Source: Planktothrix sp. GU0601_MAG3 (lineage in GTDB: Bacteria > Cyanobacteriota > Cyanobacteriia > Cyanobacteriales > Microcoleaceae). From it: a DNA stretch of 64,000 nucleotides. The stretch covers positions 2,036,578 through 2,100,577 of the forward strand of contig CP136572.1 of the NCBI GenBank assembly GCA_035193785.1, read 5' to 3'. Position numbers and translations under genes: made by a program. Below the pieces are notes generated by a model. The model made no database searches. It was not told the origin of the DNA and saw only the letters and a program-made list of their open reading frames with translations. The number at the start of each line of letters is the position of its first letter. The first letter of the stretch is position 1. Positions 55,287 through 64,000 of the stretch are shown one piece after another.

Positions 55287-56273
55287 ATGTTTGTCATCTT
55301 AACTCGAATTTTATTTCTGTTGCTAGTTGCTGCCATTGCCTTTAAAGTCTGGGAAATTTTGGGCGGTAAGGATAATAGCTTAATTAATCGTTTATTACTG
55401 ATTCTGGTTTTAGTTTTAATTTTTACTGCCTTAATCTCGCCTGATAGCCAAGTTGGGTCAGTGGTATTGGGAATTTTATCTATTTTTTTTCGTCCCCTGG
55501 GATTATCTATTTTGCTCCTATTAATTGCCTCTATTTTTATTAAAAATGGTAAAATTGACAGACCAGGGCCGAGCTTAATTTTAATTGCTTTATTAATTTT
55601 AATTTTAGCCAGTACCCCCGTCTTTGCCAACTGGCTCGCCCAACAGGTGGAAAAAGTGGCTTTAAAAACCGTACAAACGGATTTATGTTGTGGAGAACGG
55701 GCAGGAGCCATTGTATTATTAGGACGGGGAACCACAGAACCCAAATTACCCTATCGCAAACAAATTCAATTAACCGATACTGGCGATCGCATTCCCTACG
55801 CGGCGCAACTCTTTCGCCAGGATCGCGGGCCGTTTATTATTGTTAGTGCCGGCCCTCGCCATGAATTAGTTAATCCCTTAATTGAAGCCAATGATGTTAG
55901 ACAGCTTTTAGTTTATATGGGGATTCCCTCCGATAGAATTATATTAGAAACCCACGGCGGAACCACCTATAATAATGCCGTTGAAATTTATCGGATTATG
56001 AAAAACCACCGTTTAGGTCGAACCATTATTCTAGTGACTTCCGCCTTAGAAATGCGTCGAGCCAGTCTAACTTTTGCGCGAGTTGGGTTTAAAGTTGTTC
56101 CGGCTCCTACTAATTTTTATACCTTTATTCATCAGAAAAAATATATGCGTCACATTACCGGGGCTGATTTTGCGCCGAGTGCTGAAGCATTATTGCTAAC
56201 TACAAGAGTTTTAGATGAATACTTTCTAACCTTCTATTATTTTATCCGAGGTTGGTTAGTCCCCACGATCTAA
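55287..56273 (+). CDS. YdcF/DUF218-family membrane protein
   Basis: AIVLLG, IILE...TTYNNA, ILVTSA..MRRA and VVPAPT motifs. Confidence 0.85.
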   Translation: MFVILTRILFLLLVAAIAFKVWEILGGKDNSLINRLLLILVLVLIFTALISPDSQVGSVVLGILSIFFRPLGLSILLLLIASIFIKNGKIDRPGPSLILIALLILILASTPVFANWLAQQVEKVALKTVQTDLCCGERAGAIVLLGRGTTEPKLPYRKQIQLTDTGDRIPYAAQLFRQDRGPFIIVSAGPRHELVNPLIEANDVRQLLVYMGIPSDRIILETHGGTTYNNAVEIYRIMKNHRLGRTIILVTSALEMRRASLTFARVGFKVVPAPTNFYTFIHQKKYMRHITGADFAPSAEALLLTTRVLDEYFLTFYYFIRGWLVPTI

Positions 56274-56275
56274 AA

Positions 56276-56551
56276 TCAAAACTTTTCCCTACCCCCATGA
56301 CTGGGTGATAAATCGGGATTTGAATAGGAAGCCAAACCATGGGAATTTCCCACAGCTACAATCAATGAGAACAGAATCAGGAATAAAAATCCCAGTATTT
56401 GCCAATCGTAATTTTTATCGGGTTTGGGCTTCTTCTCCTCTTGAATCGGTTTAACATCCACTTGAATTTGGATTTTTTTACCCTGGATTGGGCCAGCTAT
56501 TTTAATACTTTTACAAACAATTTGATCTGAGATATTATCCTTATCCGACAT
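56276..56551 (-). CDS. Small single-TM hypothetical protein
   Basis: 91-aa ORF with GGAG RBS-like sequence upstream and one TM segment. Confidence 0.5.
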   Translation of the reverse strand: MSDKDNISDQIVCKSIKIAGPIQGKKIQIQVDVKPIQEEKKPKPDKNYDWQILGFLFLILFSLIVAVGNSHGLASYSNPDLSPSHGGREKF

Positions 56552-56753
56552 GATGCTCCCCCGGGTGTAAGTCTTGTACCGATTCGCAAATTAACTACAA
56601 CGGGGTTGGCAAAGATTTGGGATCAAATCCCAGGAAAAAAAAATCTGTAGAGATTTGGAGACCAAAACCCTACAGTCAAAAATTACAAATTGTTTGAGAA
56701 AATTAAGCTAAATAGAAGCAAGGGAGGAAACTTGCACTCTTATTTAACCCTAA

Positions 56754-58426
56754 TTAATCATTACGGAATTTAGATAGGAAACTGCGAAGTTGTTTCCCCC
56801 GCCACATCTCGTCCACCTAAACCAAAGGCAATGGCGATCGCCACCGCTACGGCTCCTAATAACAAACCAAAGGCTAAATTGACAATATCACTGGCAATGC
56901 CCATTTGTTGTAGGGCCATAGCACCGACAAAAATAATAATAGCAATGCGAGCCGCCTGGGCTAAAAGACTCGATTGACGAGTGCCAGAACTTAAAATTAA
57001 ATCGTGGGCTAAATTGGCAAAATATAACCCAATTCCAAACACAATCACGCCAATCAATACTTGACCCGCGATCGCAATGATTTGATTGATAATTAAAGTT
57101 AAGGCAGCTAACCCCAAAATATCCGTTGCCGTCACCGCCGCAAATAACATAATACCAACCAACACCACAATTCCGATTAACTCAGAAGGAGTCCGTTGGG
57201 TTAATGTGGCAGAAACAGGAGGAACTGTATACTCGTTAGTATCCGGGGTTTCCGTGGGAGTATCCTCGTTAACAACAAGAGATTCGGGAGTATGAATCCC
57301 CAACCAGCGAAACACGTTATCAAACCCCACACTGGTCAGAATATTTGTGACCAAATTGGCGATAAAACGTCCAATAAAATAGGCAGCAATTAAAACTAAA
57401 ATTGCTAAAAAGACTTGGGGTAAGGTGTTAAAAATCTCCGTCAGCATTAAAATTGCTGGCTCGGAAATTGCCTTAACTTGCAAGGCTTCTAAGGCAGAAA
57501 TTGCCGTGGGGATCAAAATTAAAACGTAAACAATCAATCCAATAATGGAAGATGCTTTTTGATTCCCAGCGACCTGATTTAAGCCGAAACGAGTTCCGAA
57601 TTGATCAATCCCTACCGCCGCTAAAAGGTTAGTAACAATTCGACTCACCACTTGTGCTACCAGCCAACCTGCACCCGCAATTACTAATGCCGCTACCATA
57701 TTGGGCAGAATTGCCAGGATCTGATAGAGCATATTTTGGACGGGCTCTAATAATCCTTGTAACTGAAGGGTGCTCAGAATTGCTGGTAAAAATAACAGCA
57801 CCACAAACCAATACAGGGCATTCCCTAGGGTTTCACTCAGGGAAAATTTGTCGGGAGAGACAGCCTCATGATCGCTAACTTGTTGATTTAAGCGTTCATC
57901 AAGACGAAGTGTTCGGAACAATCGAATTAATAAAGTTCTGGCAATTGTGGCTAAAATCCAAGCCGCCGCAATTAAAATGGTCGCCCCCAAAATCCGGGGT
58001 AAATAGTTAGTGACTTGGTTGAGTAAATTAGTTAAGGGTGTGGACGCTGCGGTTAATTGGAGCTTATCCAGAAACGCAACGATCGCAAAGATAAAAATAA
58101 TCCAGAAAGCGAAGGTTCCTGCCCAAGATTCTACCGGAAGTTTATCTTCTGGTGCTGTGGAAACCGGAAATCCAACTAGCAATTTGGTTATCTAGGTCTG
58201 TTTTTTTAAACAGACTTTTAACTAAAGATTGAGCAAATAAGGCAATCAGGTAGCCCACCAAGAGGATGCCACAAGCAAAGGCAATATCCACTAAGGAGGC
58301 TTGACCGAGCTTCAGGTCATTAATATTGGTGGGGATAGCTAAGGGGTTGTCCTGGGCAAAATAAAGGGGGGATAGGGAGGATAATTCCTTTCCCCAAAAG
58401 GGTATTAATTGATCGGTTCCATTCAT
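56754..58426 (-). CDS. CmpX/MscS-associated TM-helix repeat membrane protein (apparent frameshifts at ~58160 and ~56792)
   Basis: Repeated LP....A..IL..GW/Y modules; C-terminal AIAFGLGGRDVAG. Confidence 0.85.
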
Positions 58427-58618
58427 AATTGTTCCAGTGACTTATGGGATGTTTTGATACTCGTGCGGTGCGGTTTGAACGAGAGTGCATCTTAAGTCTG
58501 GTGAAAATGGCAGAAAAAACCGCTAAAATTTAAGGTTTTTTTTGTTTTTTGATGCGCCCCTCGTTTATACTAAGACTCTTTCATGTTTTTCATGAAATTA
58601 ATCTGCCTATAGCTTGAA

Positions 58619-59068
58619 GTGATCATGCCATATCGTCAAGTTTTTGAACAATCTATTTTAATTTCGGCCAATTCTCGGGTGGTGGAACGGTGTTTTACGG
58701 ATTTGGAACTGATGCACCAATGGTTAAATCCGATGTTACGCTGTGAACCAATTGATGTATGGAATACAAATGTGGGGGGGCGATGTCGATTTGTGATTCA
58801 ACTTCCCCTATTTCAACCAACTTTAAAAACCGTAGTTTTAGAACGGGAACCGGGGTTAATTGTTTGGGGATTTGAAGGCTATTTTAAAGGATGCGATCGC
58901 TGGGAATGTATACCAGAAATCCAAGGAACTAAACTTTTAAATAAATTTGAATTTGAAATCCCCAATCCTCTGATTAAATTCGGTTTTAATCTCTTTGCAG
59001 CAGCCCTAACCAAAGCGGATATGGAAGCCCAATTAAAACGGTTAAAACAAGTAGCAGAAAACCTTTAA
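58619..59068 (+). CDS. SRPBCC/polyketide cyclase-like protein
   Basis: FEQSI.I.A....VE, WLNP, VLEREPG.IVW and QLKRLK motifs. Confidence 0.75.
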   Translation: MIMPYRQVFEQSILISANSRVVERCFTDLELMHQWLNPMLRCEPIDVWNTNVGGRCRFVIQLPLFQPTLKTVVLEREPGLIVWGFEGYFKGCDRWECIPEIQGTKLLNKFEFEIPNPLIKFGFNLFAAALTKADMEAQLKRLKQVAENL

Positions 59069-59110
59069 TCAGTTATCAGTTATTAATTATCAGTCTATAA
59101 TCCAAAACCA

Positions 59111-59191
59111 ATCACGGATTTAAGCGGATGACCCAGATTAACACAGATTAAAATCCGTGAAATCCGCGAAATCCTCTTAAATCCGCGATCC
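59111..59191. repeat. Dispersed ~80-bp hairpin repeat, copy 2
   Basis: ATCACGGATTTAAG...CAGATTAACACAGATTAAAATCCGTGAAATCCG...CTTAAATCCGCGATCC. Confidence 0.8.
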
Positions 59192-59196
59192 AAAAT

Positions 59197-59236
59197 AAAA
59201 AGGGGTTTTTAACTCCATAGTCAAAACCCCTTTTTA
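59197..59236. terminator. Probable bidirectional terminator
   Basis: AAAAAGGGGTTTT...AAAACCCCTTTTT between convergent genes. Confidence 0.65.
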
Positions 59237-59260
59237 CTATCTAAAAAATTAAAGTTTCAA

Positions 59261-59917
59261 TTATTTGCAAAGTCGCATTTGAACAGCCGGTTGAGCTTTG
59301 AGGAAAGAGATCACTTGATCTCCTAGATCCGAAACATCATTGTAGAGATTGATCAGATCCTGAACGTTAACCGTAATTGCGGTAATTCCTCGGTAGCTTA
59401 GGAGCAATTCCAAAATTGAAAGTTGACCATCCCGGGAAGATTCGCGTAAAGCGGTAATCACCTTATCAACCGCTAGATCAACCGTGCTTCCCGCAGAAAC
59501 AAATTGATTAAAAGCTCCTACCAATAATCTGCCATAGGTAGAATCTAGCAGATCATTAACAATATTATTAGGAATTTCCAGGGAGAAATTCAGTGCTTTC
59601 TGGAATTGTTCAACCTGAGCGGGAGTCAGTTTCGCTAAGGTAATCATAGAACGTAGTTGATTAGACTGTTCTCCCGTTTGAGCAAAGGTTTGTAAATCAG
59701 CAGTGGCTAAGGATATATTTGCTGGGCCATAGATCAATCTTAATTCATCAATAGCTGGGGACGGTTGGGCAAATATTCCCAAACTAATTGTTAATCCCAA
59801 TACTATCGCTAACCCGAGGGATATATATTTAGATAGACCCTGAGTAAAAAATTGATAGGGGTTACGAACACCCCGCAACCAACGCCCTGAATTTGAGTTC
59901 ATTTGTTCCTTCCTCAC
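59261..59917 (-). CDS. DUF1400 (alpha/beta hydrolase-associated) domain protein
   Basis: PSPAIDEL.L.YG, DLQTFAQTG, LL.S.YG..L and LSILELL patterns. Confidence 0.7.
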   Translation of the reverse strand: MRKEQMNSNSGRWLRGVRNPYQFFTQGLSKYISLGLAIVLGLTISLGIFAQPSPAIDELRLIYGPANISLATADLQTFAQTGEQSNQLRSMITLAKLTPAQVEQFQKALNFSLEIPNNIVNDLLDSTYGRLLVGAFNQFVSAGSTVDLAVDKVITALRESSRDGQLSILELLLSYRGITAITVNVQDLINLYNDVSDLGDQVISFLKAQPAVQMRLCK

Positions 59918-60257
59918 AAGTTAAATTGACTAACACAGTTATATTGTTGTCCCATACTATAGGTCTGTTTTACCCCTATTTAGGTTCCTGTAGATAGAGA
60001 TTTCTCAAACTGTTAGATATACTAGATCATTTGATCCAGTATGTGCCGAATTATAGCAGTATCCTGAGCCGTTGGTAGAATTTCTAAATAATTCTCTAAA
60101 TCTTGCTGTGCTTATCAAATCGCTGAAGATAGTAGGATATAATCTCGCGATCGCGCTGTTAAAATGATTAAAAACCAGGTTTCTTTAAGAAGCCTGGTTT
60201 TTATGATTAAAAATTCTCAGTTTCATTTAAAACCCCCTAAAAAGGGTATTGATTAAC

Positions 60258-61689
60258 CTAAAATTCCTCTGTTAAAAAGGGATTTTCTTTAGGAAAAGTA
60301 GGTAGATCAATTGATGCTAAAGACTCTAATTTTTTCCGTCGTTGGGGATAAATTAACGGGGCTGGCCAATTAGGACTATTTTCCTCCTGATCGGGTTCTT
60401 GCACGGCTACGGCGCTCGCAATATTAGATTTTGTTCCACCTAAATTAAAGGATTGACCCCCCATAGATTTTGTTGATTTTGATTGAATAGCTGTATCTTC
60501 TGAGGTTGCTTTTAATGAAAATAAATCGGCATATTCTGAAATAAAAGAGGCATATTCTAGGCGAATTCGCTCCAATTCCCCCTCTAAAAATCGAGGTTGA
60601 GGTGATTCTTCAACTGGGATATGATCGACTAAACCTGTTAACTCTACGGGAGGTTTAAAACCTTGTTCAGAATTTAGTTCCGATGTCAAGGATTCTAACC
60701 CGTGATCAAGGGGAATCTCCTGCCTTAATTCTGAAGATATTATATCTAAATCCTTGGAGGAATTAAGTGCATCCTCAATCAAATTCATCTGGTTATGATT
60801 CGGGTTTAAAGTCTCTGACCAAGGTTTAACGGGGGGTGCTTTTGGGACTAATAAAGTGGTAGATGGAGATAGGGATTGTTCTTCCGTAATTATTGATAGG
60901 GTTTCCAGGGTTTGTTTTCCGGTTTCAAACTGGATTTGATTTTCCAAACACCGTTCTAAAGCGACTTTAAATTGGAGGGTTTGGCGCTGTTGACGATGGA
61001 GACGCGATCGCAATTCTCGGTTACTATTTTGAGATTGAACTAACTCATGGAATTGTTCATTATAGCGTTGTTGGGTTAGGGCGGTATCCCTTTCCATTTG
61101 GGCGAGTCGAGTTTGGGTAACTTCCCATTGTTGGGTTAAGGTTTCGACTAAAACCTGTTGCTGTCGAATCACTTGATTAGCAATTTCCAACTTTTTAAAC
61201 AGTCGTTTAACTTGATCCTGTGTCGCCCCTAATTCCTGGGTACGTTGCAATAATTGTGTTTCTTGATCCTGTCGATTTTGCCGACCTTCATCTAATTCTG
61301 CTTCTAATTCAGTCACCCGATTAATTAAATCTCGGTTACATTCATGGAGAATTTGCACCACTTTTACCGGATTTTCTTCGGTTTCTCCCGCCACCGACAT
61401 CAGCGAAGCACTCGCCATTTCATTCCCCTGGGAAACCCTCAACAAATATTTCCTCTGGAACCGCTAAATCCTTACTATTAGACTGGGTTTCTGCCTGTTC
61501 TAACTCGGCAACAAACTGGGTCAATAATTCCTCTAGGGGTATAGCATTGGGGAAGTTCACCGTCTCCCACTCCTGATCCGAAGTCACCACCGGACTAACG
61601 GACTCCTCCGACGGGGGCAAGGGTGCGGATAAAGACGCTTGAGTAGGCTGATCAAACGATTCAGGAGTGGGTAGATCGGCTTCAGGCAT
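60258..61689 (-). CDS. Conserved cyanobacterial coiled-coil protein (apparent frameshift at ~61432)
   Basis: WETVNFP N-terminal motif; ELRSRLHRQQRQTLQFKVALERCL; WPAP..YP.R.K...SLA.IDLP.F tail. Confidence 0.7.
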
Positions 61690-62039
61690 GGCGTTACCTA
61701 TTGGGGTGATGATTTTAATTCTTTAATACAGGGTGAATGTATTATTACTGATAATAAGGTAAATATAAAACTAAGTCAAGTTGGAGTTGCTATTTTTATG
61801 GGCAATGTATAGTTATTAACTAATAATTAATGTTTCTATTAATCTTGTCTTGTAGCGGTTAATATTGATGCAGTTGGCAGATCATGACTGGACTAACTTT
61901 AAGGGTTATTCAACTTGATCGGGATTGTTCCCCTAGACCAAGGTGACTCCCCCGACCGGGATTTGTGTCCACCATGAACTTTTTGGGGTTCCCATAAGAC
62001 GCTTGACTATGTAGTGTTAACACCAAAATCAAAGAAATT

Positions 62040-63435
62040 ATGACAACAACAAACTCGAAAACTTGGAGCCAACGGTTTGAGAAATCTCTGCATCCTGCGA
62101 TCGCGGAGTTTAACGCCAGTATTAGTTTTGATATCCAACTGATTGAATATGATTTGACCGGATCAGTTGCCCATGCTAAAATGTTAGCAAAAACCGGAAT
62201 CATTAGTCACGATGAAGCCGAAAAACTGGTTTTTGGTTTAGAACAAATTCGTCAAGAATATCGGGAGGGAAATTTTAATCCCGGTGTTGATGCTGAGGAT
62301 ATTCATTTTGCCGTTGAACGTCGCCTAACTGAATTAGTAGGGGATGTGGGGAAAAAACTACATACAGCTAGATCTCGCAATGATCAAGTGGGAACCGATA
62401 CCCGTTTATATTTACGCGATCAGATTCAACAAATTCGACAACAATTAGTTGATTTTCAAACGGTATTATTAGATTTAGCTGAAACTAATGTGGAAACTTT
62501 AATTCCCGGTTATACCCATCTCCAACGGGCGCAACCCATTAGTTTAGCCCATCATTTATTAGCCTATACGGAAATGTTAAACCGAGATTGGGAAAGGTTA
62601 GGAGATGTTTATAAACGGGTTGATATTTGTCCGTTAGGGAGTGGAGCCTTAGCCGGAACAACTTTTCCCATTGATCGCCATTATAGTGCGGAATTATTGG
62701 GTTTTGGTCGGGTTTATGCTAATAGTTTAGATGGAGTCAGTGATCGAGATTGGGCGATTGAATTTTTGAGTGCTGCGAGTTTAATTATGGTACATTTAAG
62801 CCGCCTCGCGGAAGAAATTACCCTCTGGGCTTCTCAGGAATTTAGTTTTGTTACCTTGACCGATAGCTGTTCCACGGGTTCGAGTATTATGCCTCAAAAG
62901 AAAAACCCCGATATTCCTGAATTGGTGCGGGGAAAAACCGGGCGGGTCTTTGGTCATTTACAAGGATTATTAGTGGTGATGAAGGGATTACCTTTAGCCT
63001 ATAATAAAGACTTACAAGAGGATAAAGAAGCCTTATTTGATGCGGTGAAAACCGTCAAAGGCAGTTTAGAATGTATGACCATTTTAATCGCCGAAGGCAT
63101 AGAATTTCGCTCTAGTCGTTTAGCGGAAGCGGTGGCGGAAGATTTCTCTAATGCAACGGATGTGGCTGATTATTTAGCCGCTCGAGGAATTCCTTTTCGT
63201 GAAGCCTATGGTTTGGTGGGAAAAGTAGTTAGAACTTGTTTAGAAGCGGGGAAATTACTCAAGGATTTAACCCTAGAAGAATGGCAACAATTACATCCTC
63301 AATTTGAAGCTGATATTTATGCCGCGATCACTCCCCGTCAAGTGGTTTCGGCTCGAAATAGTTATGGGGGAAACCGGATTTGAGCAGGTGCAACAAGCAT
63401 TACAAAATGCCCGTCAACGGTTGAATAATTGTTAG
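62040..63435 (+). CDS. argH: Argininosuccinate lyase (apparent frameshift at ~63370)
   Basis: [20 protein letters not shown] and [12 protein letters not shown] motifs; corrected end GGTGFEQV...NNC* at 63435. Confidence 0.96.
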
Positions 63436-63440
63436 GAATA

Positions 63441-63507
63441 GGGATCACGGATTTAAGAGGATTTCACGGATTTCACGGATTTTAATCTGCGTAATCGTCT
63501 TAAATCC
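63441..63507. repeat. Dispersed hairpin repeat, copy 3 (inverted)
   Basis: GGATCACGGATTTAAGAGGATTTCACGGATTTCACGGATTTTAATCTG. Confidence 0.8.
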
Positions 63508-63683
63508 CTCACAGATTGCTTTATTGGTGGCTCAGACCACGAAGGAGTGATCGCTCCTTAGTCTACATAAAATAATATTTTTGTCAAGTTCGGATTATGT
63601 AGTAAAAACCGTTTATTGAATCAATATAATTAAATTTAAAATTTCGCTAAAGTGGGAAAAAAGATTAAATTTAGGTCAATATA

Positions 63684-64000
63684 ATGTCTAGTCCGATTAA
63701 TCCGCCTGAATCTGAAGTGGTAGTTTCTCAAGTTCCTGCTAGATTGTTATTAGTAGATGATGAACCGGGACTGCGAGAAGCTGTACAGGCCTATTTAGAA
63801 GATAGCAATTTTATTGTTGATACCGCTAGTAATGCCAAAAAAGGGTGGGAACTATTACAGCAAAGTTTACCCGATTTAGTAATTACTGATATTATGATGC
63901 CGGAAGTGGACGGCTATCAATTTTTACACCAAATGCGGGAAGATCCCCGTTTTAAGGCTTTACCCGTTATTTTTCTCACCGCTAAAGGTATGAAAAGCGA
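63684..64000 (+). CDS. Response regulator (Ycf29/NarL-like), partial at window edge
   Basis: My translation: MSSP...LLLVDDEPGLREAVQAYLEDS...PDLVITDIMMPEVDGY...PVIFLTAKGM. Confidence 0.85.
   Translation, partial: MSSPINPPESEVVVSQVPARLLLVDDEPGLREAVQAYLEDSNFIVDTASNAKKGWELLQQSLPDLVITDIMMPEVDGYQFLHQMREDPRFKALPVIFLTAKGMKS

Noticed and set aside
27..62105. Frequent GCGATCGC octamers as a local regulatory motif
   Set aside because: This is HIP1, a genome-wide cyanobacterial feature; useful only as a taxonomic clue.
410..62203. Short overlapping or antisense ORFs in the track (e.g. 410-598, 4053-4262, 4173-4442, 8298-8483, 17486-17755, 24534-24812, 25456-25755, 48361-48639, 55277-55744, 61910-62203)
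   Set aside because: Shadow frames of well-supported genes with no recognisable motifs.
1008..63435. Mass pseudogenisation (about 22 split genes)
   Set aside because: Essential genes are affected, no in-frame stops or other decay accompany the shifts, and nearly all share one sequence context; a systematic sequencing error fits better.
63525..63570. Small hairpins downstream of argH as a known sRNA
   Set aside because: I could not match them to any family I recognise; insufficient support.

Overview
Chromosomal segment of a filamentous cyanobacterium. Abundant HIP1 octamers (GCGATCGC), heptameric STRR repeats and the gene content suggest an Oscillatoriales genome, probably Planktothrix-like (inference). 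Most of the window is housekeeping: aroE, acsA, purS/purQ, moaC, gyrA, cbiX, desA, thrC, tsaC, prmC, a PPK2-family gene, argH and three tRNAs. Accessory material includes: (i) a ~10.3-kb array of three mosaic hybrid histidine kinases bracketed by a duplicated acsA 3' end; (ii) a divergent NucS-like/SNase nuclease pair; (iii) an IS605-type element with intact tnpA and internally deleted tnpB, inserted precisely in a GST gene; (iv) a two-gene cassette (HsdR_N-like nuclease fused to ParA, plus a degenerate ParB-like/Rho_N protein) flanked by inverted 51-bp REP doublets; (v) a VapC-type toxin-antitoxin pair; (vi) an orphan C5 methyltransferase next to a nested miniature-element pile. I count 26 frameshifts, several in essential genes. 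Of these, 25 are repaired by deleting one base from GAAAC/GTTTC to give GAAC/GTTC. This motif-specific error probably reports a DNA modification at GAAC/GTTC, the known Dnd phosphorothioation consensus, rather than real pseudogenes. All annotations come from motif recognition by eye; no database searches were run.
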